A DNA stretch of 63,972 nt, filler included, from Basidioascus undulatus (lineage: Eukaryota): NCBI GenBank assembly GCA_000826855.1. It is 9 parts of 9 records of this genome, joined end to end, with 100 filler letters (N's around TTAATTAATTAA, not from the genome) between each part and the next. Parts side by side here need not be neighbours in the genome. Positions count along the whole stretch, not along the records: positions 50,131 to 54,888 come from JTLS01002079.1; positions 54,989 to 59,746 come from JTLS01002080.1; 7 more parts are not named here. One strand, given 5' to 3'. The position numbers were made by a program, and so were the translations under genes. This document shows, piece by piece, positions 50,131 through 59,846 of the stretch (positions are counted from its first letter, which is position 1; the number at the start of each line of letters is the position of its first letter). The notes under the pieces are model-generated. The model worked only from the letters and a program-made list of their open reading frames with translations. It ran no database searches and was not told where the DNA came from.

Positions 50131-51788
50131 AGGAGCGGGTTGAGGGCGGCGGCGGCGTTCACCTGATGAAGGAGCTTGATAATTGAGATGACTTTTGAAG
50201 GAGCGGAGGGAAGACAGAGCAGAAGACGCACCAGTAGGCGTCCCATCAATCGCTGAGTGCTCGCCCATCATCCCCGCCCTCGCCGCTACCCCTCTTCCTC
50301 CTTCTCCTCCCTCCTTGTCCTCCCAAACGATAAACTGCACCGGCTTGTCCATCCATCGGTTACCGACCTCCTGCGCGCGCTCGCCCGCGTGCCAGAGGTG
50401 CCTGCTCCGTCCGGCGGGCGTCGGCGTCGGGGAGGACGCGTCGAGCGAGAGAGTGAAGGCGGCGGACTCGAGGGCGTGGAGGGCGGGCGCGTTGGGGGGG
50501 GAGGAGAGGAGGCGGGCGCGATCCTATCGCCCAAATCCATACCCATGCCATATGAATTAGCTGTGACTCGTCACTTAGAAGGTAGGAAGGAAACCGCCTA
50601 CCGCAGCCCATGAATCCCGATCTTGCGCCGTGAGCGCCCCCACCCCCGCCTCGTCCTCGCGTCCCTCCGCCCCACGCAGGATCTCCTCCAGCGCACCCTC
50701 GATCTCCTCTGTCTCCAGCACGTCCCCCCCATCCGGCTCCCCGCCGTGCGTGGCGGGGAGGGCCCACCACAGCCCCTTGTGCGCGACGGCGACGTGCACG
50801 GGCGACGTGGAGGATGGCGAGCGGTGCACGGCGACGTAGTCCGCTGGGGAGGTGGAGGGGATGCGGGAGGCGTCGAACATGAACCTGTGCGGTTGAACAA
50901 GCATAATCAGGCGCGTTCAGTGGATGAAGTATGAAGTAGCAGTGTGAAGCAGGATAAGGAGAGGGAAAGAAAACGAACCGGTACGAGTCCATGCAAATCG
51001 GCTGCTTCGCCTTCCCGACCGTATCAGGCTGGAGCTCCCCGCGGAGCATCGCGCGGCGGAAAAGGAGCGCAGAGCGGACTATCTGCGCCGCGTAGCGCGC
51101 GACGGAGAGCTTCTCCTTGGGCGGGTAGAACCCATAGAAGTAGGATACGTTGATGACGACCGAGTCGCGGTAGGCCATGTCTGTCGGCCCCCCCCCCCTT
51201 CATCAGTCCCCCATCCCACTCCCAAGAAACTAGAGAGCAAGGAAGAAAAACTCACAAGCCCCATCATCCCACCACTCCTCCAACCAACTGCTCCTCCCCT
51301 CCCCATCCCTCCTCTCCACAAGCCTAGCCTGCAACCGCTCGCCCAGCCCGCCCGGCTTCCCGAACTCAGACACCTTGCGTTCGAGCTCCGACAGCTCGGC
51401 GTCGGAGCGTGCAAGTGCGCCGGCGGAGCGTAGGAGGCGGTCGAGCGTTTGGGGGAGCGGCGGGACGGGGAGGTGGGGCAGGAGGCGGTCGGAGGCGGTG
51501 AAGGGCGAGGTGGGGGAGAGGGACGCGGGGGGTCCGAGGGCCTTCCATGAGGGAGGGCGAGCGGTGGGCGCTGGGCGCGTTGAGTTGATGGTCAGAACGG
51601 GAGGAAGAAGGAAGTACTGGATTCGGATGGAGGTGGATGGGAGGGGCACACGCACCCGGCTGGCCAGGCTGCAGCGTTGCCATGTTCCGTTGCACTATCG
51701 CGAGAGGTCGCAGGTTCGCAGATGCAGATGAGCGGGCGAGAGCGCGCTGTGTGTTGGTGGTGATGGGAATGCGAAGACGAGGGAGCAT
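50131..51788 (-). CDS. CAT2: Carnitine O-acetyltransferase; 3' end cut by contig edge
   Basis: LPHLPVPPLPQTL, WLEEWWDDGAYMAYRDSVVINVSYF, PICMDSYRFMFDASRIP, GVGALTAQDRDSWA, NRWMDKPVQFIV, GEHSAIDG (catalytic His), plus an Arg/Ser-rich presequence. Confidence 0.9.
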
Positions 51789-52409
51789 CGTCCGGGTGTA
51801 AGAGCGAGATTGGAGAGTCTATGCAGGAAGAGCGTGAAAGAGGAGAGCAGCAGGAAGGTTGGGACTGAGGGTGTGGCCTTCCGGCTCGGTCCGGCGCAAA
51901 GAGACCGGAGCCGGAGGCGGTCTGAGAAGGAGCCCCGGTGAAGTGCCAAAATATACAGTCTTCCCCCATCAGAACAACACGCAAGGAGAGCCGACTAGAT
52001 CTAAAAGGAATCGGACGGTATTTCTCAGAGTGCGTGTAAAAATGGAGGAAGCCAAGGCACAGCCTGGCGAAAACATCCTCCGCCATGCTCTGCCCGGAGT
52101 TCCTCAATGCAGCCAAAGTGTGCGTGAAACAAACTCAGATGAGCCCATAGGATGGTGTCCGAAGTCTCCCATAAGTTGATTCTGTGACTCAAGAGAGTCC
52201 TGACCGCCGTCAGCGACCACCAGCTAGCCTACGGCGGGCAGCACGCGCTCACGCGGCAGCCCTTCACACATCTTATCATGATCACGCTCGTCAAGAATAA
52301 AAACACAGTCGTTCAGCTTTACGTTGCTCGTCATCATAACTATCACCATCTTCGCCTCACCCTCCTCTTGCTTCCCTCCCTTCCATCCCTCGCCGAGCTC
52401 GGGTCAAGC

Positions 52410-53239
52410 CTACTTCTCGCCGCACTTGCAGCCGCCCGCAGGGCACATGCACTCGCTGTCGCCCACCCGCGCTCAAGTCAGCTTCTTTCATCCTCGCCAG
52501 CGGACGATAACTCAGAGTGTGGGAGCAAAGGGACAAGGAAAGGCTAGGGAGTAGGTGACGTTGGTTGGGGGAGGAAAGATGGGAGGGGAAGAGGAAGGAG
52601 GGAAGGAAGAGAAGAACGCACGCCCCGCAAGTGCACCCATGCCCCCTGTGCTCCTTGTCCGCGCCGACGTGCGCGCCACCCGGGGCAGGCGCCTTGCTCC
52701 CGCAGTCGCACGCGCCGGGCGCGCAGCGGCACATCACTGCGCCGGAGCTGTGTCCCCCTCCCTCCTATCAGCATCCGGGCCTTCGCGACGAAGTAGAGGG
52801 AGACGGAGACGGAGACGGCGGGGAGGAGAGAAAGGAGCGAAGGAAGAAGAGGCGAGGAGAGGGGAGAGAAGGAGGAGAGGAAGGTGGGGGAGAGAGGGAG
52901 GGACTCACGCCCCCCCGCAAGCGCACTGCTTCTCCTTGTTGCACGAGCACTTGGCGAGCTGCCCACCTCCTCCCCACATCAGTCCACATTCCCACCGCCC
53001 GACCTCCCCCCACCCCCTCCCGGCGTGGAGAGGAAGAGTTGGGGATGGGGAAGGAAGGAGGACGGAAAGACGCACGTCGCCCTCCGAGCACGGGTTGCAC
53101 GGGCATCCGAGGACCTTGCCGTTCGGGTCGGTCAGGTCGGGGCAGCCGCAGGACTTCGCATCCCCCCACAGCTACAATCAGTACTCACCCCTTCTCCCCC
53201 ACCTTCTCTTCCGCTCCGAACGAACTGACTCACAGGCAT
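52410..53239 (-). CDS. Modular metallothionein (107 aa, 19 Cys, 5 exons)
   Basis: Exons 53239-53234, 53171-53076, 52958-52909, 52747-52622 and 52455-52410, all GT-AG and frame-preserving. Product: MPLWGDAKSCGCPDLTDPNGKVLGCPCNPCSEGDLAKCSCNKEKQCACGGASGAVMCRCAPGACDCGSKAPAPGGAHVGADKEHRGHGCTCGAECMCPAGGCKCGEK*, with nine CxC pairs. Confidence 0.85.
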
Positions 53240-53467
53240 TCTGATTCTTCTGTTCTTGAGCTTGTGGCGGTACGAAAGGCGAAGGAAACCCAAGTCTGAA
53301 GACCGGTCGTTGGCGAGAGAGTAAGAAGAGCCTCAGCGGATCGGAGGGGGGGGGGTTTGTTCTTTCCTCTTCCTCGCCTGCCCGCACGCGCTCACCCGTC
53401 CGCAGGGCTGCGGCACTTGTGCGCGGATGCAAAGGCGAGCTTCGACGCGACTGCGCGAGCGTGGGGG

Positions 53468-53504
53468 TTGCGCAAAGCGCGCGATCTTTGCGCACAGCGC
53501 GCGA
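53468..53504. promoter_or_regulatory. Direct repeat upstream of the metallothionein; candidate metal-responsive element
   Basis: TTGCGCAAAGCGCGCGA (53468-53484) and TTGCGCACAGCGCGCGA (53488-53504) are 16/17 identical with a 20-bp period. The function is inferred from position only. Confidence 0.35.
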
Positions 53505-53950
53505 GGATTGCCTGCCCGCTCACGTCCGACGTCCACAATTGGCCGATGACGCCACCTGAACCAACTGAATCTCGCCGGCGGGCTTCAGGAGCTGCCAACT
53601 GCGTGTTGATGATTCGCTCTCCCCTTCTCCTCTGCATCTTTCAACGTCCCAACTCCTTGCATGGACAAAACTGAAGGAGCAGTGAAGGAGCAGCCTTGTG
53701 GCTCTTATGCTGCACGGCTCTCCACAGGGTTCCCCAGAAGCGAGCGATCAGCGAGCGAGCGGCCGACACTCAGCGAGGCTGCAGAGCTCCGCGCATCAAG
53801 GTCTCGCATGCTGTCGAAGACTCCAAAACTCGCAGTCGAGCAACGACAGACATGCGAAAGCGAGCGCCTGCACCCCTGATATCCGCATTATCGTAGCATA
53901 ATGTATATCTCTCGAAGCCCAATGTCCATGTCCAAGTCCGCGTCTACATA

Positions 53951-54888
53951 TCACTCCGCCTTCAAGTCCTCCTCGCGTATCAAAAACAGTGGGAGCGTCG
54001 CGACGACGCTGATGGCCTGTGCGGACCATCCCCCATCGTCAGCTCTCCGACCAGCGCTCCCCACCCCACCCGCACACACAACCGAAAAAAGCCCCGAAAG
54101 AAAGAAAGCATGAAAGCGAAGGAGAAACACTAACCCCTATCACCACAAAAACGACCCAGCCCGCCTTCTCCACCGTCGCGGCATACACGGCGCCCATGAG
54201 CACGGGGCTGACGACCTGCCCGAGCGCGTCGACGACGAACAGCGCCGCGAGGGCTTGCGCGCGCTCGTGCCGCTCCACGAGGGACACCATCACGGCCTTC
54301 AGGGCGGGAGGGGCGCCGGAGCCGAAGGCGAGGCAGCAGATCACTGCGGGGCGGGGGACGGGGTCAGCACGTGGGCGTTGGGGGGACGAAGGGGAGAGGG
54401 AGGGATGCGGAGAGGAGAACGGGGAAAGGGGAAGAAGGAAGGCGAAAGGGAGAGTGGGAGGAAGGGGAAGAGGGAATACCCAGGGGGGAAGAGAAGAGGG
54501 AGAGGGGGAAGCGGAGCGGAGGGGGAAGGAGGGAGTGAGGAAAGGTAGATGGACGGACGCACCAAAAGCAGTAGCCACCGGCGTGCTCACCAGTCCCACC
54601 AGGACCGTGAACGCGCCATCCAGCAAAAAGCTCAGCCGAATCACAATAACGTCAAAGAAGCTCGCAAGCTCCTGCTCCTGCTCCGCATACTGCTCCGCTC
54701 CATCCTCCGCATCCCCATCCTCGGAGGAAGAGGGGGTGGCGGAAGGAGAGCAAGAGGAGGTAACGGTTGTGCGGCAACGGTGCGCTTGGTACTTCTTCCG
54801 CCCGAGGTGGAGGACGTGCGGGAAGATGAGGACGAGGAAGAGGGAGGGTGACTCTAAGGCCTTAGTCAGTGCAGCTATGGGTCTGAAT
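53951..54888 (-). CDS. Major facilitator superfamily transporter, C-terminal part
   Basis: FDVIVIRLSFLLDG.., LAFGSGAPPALKAVMVSLV..AQALAALFVVDALGQVVSPVLMGAVYAAT, ..LFLIREEDLKAE*. Confidence 0.75.
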
Positions 54889-54988
54889 NNNNNNNNNNNN
54901 NNNNNNNNNNNNNNNNNNNNNNNNNNNNNNNNTTAATTAATTAANNNNNNNNNNNNNNNNNNNNNNNNNNNNNNNNNNNNNNNNNNNN
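54889..54988. other. Artificial contig linker
   Basis: N44-TTAATTAATTAA-N44. Confidence 0.98.
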
Positions 54989-56692
54989 GCGAGGGGCGGG
55001 CGGGGGACTGTGTGGTGGTGATGGGGAATGAGGGCGGAGGTAAGTTGTCGTTCTGTCCTTCTGCAAGCAAAAGGGTCTTGAGCTGACGGAGGTGGTATGG
55101 TAGACCTCGACTCGATGACCTCTGCCCTCACCTGGGCGTACCACGTCGCGCACGTCCGCCCGCCGACCAAGGCCGTCGCGCTCCTCCAGACGCCGAAGGA
55201 CGCGCTCGACCTCCGGCCAGAGAACCAGCTCGCTTTGAAGAACGCCGGGATGGCGGTGGGGCATAAGGACCTGCTCAGTGCGTTTGTCCTATGTGGAAGG
55301 ACGGGAGGGCAGGCGAACTGACGGGGTCGGGGCGGGTTGAGCAGCGATTGACGAGCTCCCGGAGCCTGCGCCCGAGCTCGCACCCAAGCTGAAGGGCATC
55401 GCGCTGGTGGACCACAATGTGCCACTGACGAACTGGACCTCGGGCAAGACGTGTGTTCCTCCTCTCTCCTCCATCTTTTCACCCTCCCTCGCTTACACTC
55501 CCCCCTCCATTCCACAGCCTCTCCATAATCGACCACCACCACGACCGGCACCTCGCGCCGGACGCGTCTCCGCGCGTCCTCTCCCCGGTAGCATCCTGCT
55601 CTACGCTCGTCGCGCGCGAGGTCCTGCGCGAGCGCCGCGCGGGGAAGCCCGTCCACGGGGCCGACCTCCCCGTCGAGCTCGTGGACATGCTCCTCAGCGT
55701 CATTGCGCTCGACTCGGGCGGGCTGGGCAAGGGCACGGAGATCGATAAGGAGGTCGCGAGGGAGCTGCTTGGACTGAGCACGTGGAAGGGGGAGAGGCTG
55801 TTCAAGGTGCGTTGGGTTTGTGTGAGGGAGCGAGCCGGATCACAGGGGCTGAGAGAGGGGGTGGGACAGGTCATGGATGATCTGGACGACGAGATGAGCA
55901 AGGCGAAGAAGGACCTCGGGCACTTGACCGTGCGGGACCTTCTCCGTCGTGACTACAAGGGCGACATGTTCGTCCCCTATTTCCCGTCCCCCTCTCCCTT
56001 CTTCTCACTCCCCTTTATTTACCCCCCTCACCCGCTTCCCCACCTCCAGCGTGGACACCGTCTCGCCCAACACGCCCTCCCTGTACCTCGGCATCGCTTC
56101 TGTCCCGCTCTCCCTGTCGCAGCAAATCGAGCGCACGCCGAACGTGACGCTCGCGGGCTGGATCGCGATCGAGCGCGCGTGGACGGCGGAGATCACGGCG
56201 GACGTGTCGCTCGCGCTCACTTCGTTCCGACATCCCAAGGTCCGATTCTCCCTCCTTCTCCCCTTTTCCCTCTCCCCTTTTCCCTCTCCCCACTTTCTCC
56301 TCTCCCCCTCTCCCCTTCGCACAGGATTTTGACTGTTTGCGATGGGGCGGAAACAGACGGGTATCAAGACCCGCGAAATCACGCTCGTCGTGCGGTCCGA
56401 CGGCCGGCTAAACCTAGAGCAAGCGAACTCGCTCTTTGCGCGGCTGGTGAAGGGGATCGAGGACTCGGACGAGCTGGACGTGAACCCGTGGGAGGACGGG
56501 TCGCTCGAGGGCATCAGCGCGAGGAGGATGGTGTGGACCCAGCACCGGAGGGACGCGGGGAGGAAGGTGGTCAGACCGTGAGTAGATCGAGAAAGGGGGG
56601 GAGGAGAGGGAGAACGCAAGGGGAACTGACGGTGTGCTGGGCTGGCTGGGGCGGGCAGAGTCGTCGAGAACATCGTCATGGGGTGGAGCTGA
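54989..56692 (+). CDS. PPX1: Exopolyphosphatase, DHH/prune family; 5' end cut by contig edge
   Basis: VVMGNEGG/DLDS, LRPEN, LVDHN, IIDHH, ASCSTLV, IALDS, LRRDYK, RKVVRP. Confidence 0.9.
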
Positions 56693-57494
56693 GCGCGCGG
56701 CACCGTCGCGTCCGGCCCATCCTCTCTCACCTCTTCTTATCCTTCAACATATTTCTGCCTTTTAACATATATTCCAACCCACCTTCACTTCTTCAAAATA
56801 TCCCGTCCATCGTTCTCCGTTGTCTGTTCGTTGTTCCTTGTTCGCTGTTTCTCGTCATTGTCTTCTCGCCACGCATCTCACGTCTTTCACGATCTGGACC
56901 TTTGTGTTTCTATATTTCCAACCCCGCATTTCGTTGTGTATTTTGCATCCCATGTTTACCATCCTCAAGGAGGAGAAGGATCGCATCGATATCATTGTTT
57001 TTGCTGTATACTGCGTGCGCGTTTTAGTTCGGAGACTGGGGGAGTTGAAAACGAGAGTTGAGATCGGTCTTGAGATACAGCACTCCCTCAATGGGGTTGT
57101 TATAAGGTGTCCACAGTGCAAGTGTTACCCAACTAAGGGACAGGGCCAAAAGCAACTTCGGCAAGGGCAGAAGAGCTTCAAAAGAGCGACCGCTGCCACA
57201 CACCGCCTTGGCACTTCGTCTGTCAGTGTCTGTTTGAGCTCTCTAATTTGGCTCTATACAGTCACTAAATAGACCGCAGGTTGAAGAAAAAGTAGCAGCC
57301 AGAGTTATATACACCCTTCGAAGCCCACTTTTAGAACCTGCACACTGTCCGAAGCTAATTTCTGCAAAGTACGGAATGTATTCAGGCGTCCAGTCCAAAT
57401 GTCAAAAGTATCCTGGGACCCACCACGTCCGACACCATGGCATCAAACCCTTCACCTTTTCGGTTCTGTGGGCAGCAGACGTCGGCCGGGCGAT

Positions 57495-59643
57495 TTAGGC
57501 GCGGCGCTGGCGGGTCGGCTCGAGACTGATGCCCTCGCCGATGCGGCGACCGAGTTCCGAGTCGACCTGGACAGATCATATTGATGAGCGACCTGGGAAA
57601 ATAACCATGGTTTCCCCCCATAAAGTTGAACACGTACGCGAGCAAACATGTTGAGAGACCGCTGCTTCACCCCGTCAACGGTCACGGAGTTCAGCGCCTT
57701 GACGATGTTCGCAATCAGCGCCTCGCGCTCGTCGTCCTGGAACTCCTGCTCGGCATAGGGAGACATTGAGCATGGTGCACCTAAAGGAAATAAAGCCCAA
57801 CCCTGACCTTGTTGAAGAGGTCCCGGGGCTGCTCAAAGTCAAGGTCCTCAATCTCGTACGACGAAAGGACGAGCGGCGGGCCCGTGGGAGGGTCCGCGAT
57901 GGCGGAAAGGTTGTACGGACGCGCAGGGTAGGAGACAACCGGACTGTGAAAAGATCGCCTGTTCAGTTCAGCGCGTTTCTTAGACTTCGAAGAGGAGACG
58001 TGCGCGTAGGACGAAGGGTAGTTCTGCGCGTGAGGCGGGAGGGTGCCCGCGCCGCCGTCGACCCTCATCCAGCCCCCGCCTGGACCGCATCGTCAGATGG
58101 TGTCACAAGAAAAGGACGTTGGGAACTCACGCTGATAGTTCTGGACCATGAAGGGGCAGTTGACCGGGATCTGAAGGTGGTTCGGGCCCAGACGGTGCCT
58201 CGCAGTGTCCGAGTACGAGAACAGACGGGACTGCAGGACCGGGTCGTTCGAGGGCTCGATCTGTGGGTACGAGCGCAGCGATCAGCACAAAGTTTAAGGC
58301 TGCCAAAGTCTGCATATTGGTACTGACACCAGGGACCATATGGGCAGGCGAGAAGGCGACTGCGAAAGGTTCGTCAGGTCACGAGTGCGCACGATAAATT
58401 ATGGGAAAGGCGGTTACCCTGCTCGATTTCTGTATTGATCGGAGAACTTGTCAGCGCGGTTGGGGAAATCATACAGTAGCGACATCACAGACCCGAGAAC
58501 CAGTTGTCGGGGTTCTTGTCCAGAACGATCTTGCCGATCTCGCGGAGGGGGTACTGCCGAACTAGTGGATTAGCTGGAACTGATAGGGTATCTTGAAGTT
58601 GTTAATGTACCTGGTCCTCGGGCCAAATCTTCGTGAGGTCATTCTGACAGTCGTGCAGCCAAACGTGTCAGACCTGTAGTCTTGGAGCTTCTATGACCAG
58701 ACGTACCACATCGTAGCGGAACTCCTGGGCCTGTTCCGGGGTCATGGTCTGGATTGCCACCTTCCAAGTCGGAAGGTTGCCGGACTCAATGCGATCGCTA
58801 ATGGCCAGGGAGGTCAGCTGATCATTCGTGTGTATCAACGAGTACTCACTGCAGGTCCTCAGTCAGGAAGTCCGGGTTGCTACCGGCGAGGGACTGCGCC
58901 TCCTCGGCAGAGAGGTTCTCCAGGCCCTGCTGCGAGATGACCTTGACCTGCACGTAGTAGAACGTGCCGTCCGCCTTGACCCACTTGTAGGTGTGCCCAC
59001 TCCATCCGTGCATCTGTACACCCACAATTTGAATCGAGGGGCTACATTTTATCTAGAAAAGAAACCAGGCTTACCTGGGTCCACGACCGGGGCGCTAAGG
59101 TGAAAAGACACAGCTTAGCGGAGGAAAACAAGCTGGCTCAACGGGCAGAAGACGCTTACTGCCGCGGTTGGAGAAGAGAAGCATCACCTATAGTTCGAAT
59201 CAGTACAGTTTGGTGATTTGCTTTTTACTTCAAGTGTGGACGCCCACCTGATACACGCTCTCGGGATTTCTGGGCGAAGTGGGCAGGTGAGCAAGGGAAG
59301 GAATGATGGCCTGACTTTACAGCTCACTGAGACCAGTAGTCCCTGAAGGCTCAACATCGTCAGCGCTCACTGATGAGATGGCATCTATGGAGGTGAATGG
59401 ACAAACCACTGCACAGTAGGCGAGCGCAGGTTCGTCTTCGGGTCCCCTGCAACACTTAGTACCGTCAGCCCCTCTTCTAAATACTCAATATTCATATTGG
59501 CGGACTCTTTTGAGAATGAATAAAGAGGGGGAACTTGGTGGGGTCCCTCAGGAAGAACACCTGTTGGCAGGAACATGAGGTATGAGCTTCAGACACGGCC
59601 GAAAGCAAGAATCAGCAAAAACGTAAAGGAGTGTTATTGAACA
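57495..59643 (-). CDS. Small-subunit heme catalase, about 18 visible exons; N-terminus beyond contig edge
   Basis: [100 protein letters not shown] (proximal Tyr motif). Confidence 0.9.
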
Positions 59644-59746
59644 CTGAGTTTGCCGTAAGCCAGGGAACAACGGAAGCCAAAGGATGAGGAGAGCATGGGA
59701 AAAGGGGGGAAGAAGAATGAGGAGGAGGAGAAGGAGAAGGAGAAGA

Positions 59747-59846
59747 NNNNNNNNNNNNNNNNNNNNNNNNNNNNNNNNNNNNNNNNNNNNTTAATTAATT
59801 AANNNNNNNNNNNNNNNNNNNNNNNNNNNNNNNNNNNNNNNNNNNN
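59747..59846. other. Artificial contig linker
   Basis: N44-TTAATTAATTAA-N44. Confidence 0.98.

Noticed and set aside
25704..59846. TTAATTAATTAA palindrome recurring about every 4.86 kb, resembling a periodic element or array
   Set aside because: It is always centred in exactly 44+44 N. This is a six-frame-stop linker joining contigs that happen to be ordered by length (4770 down to 4758 bp), so it is an artefact.
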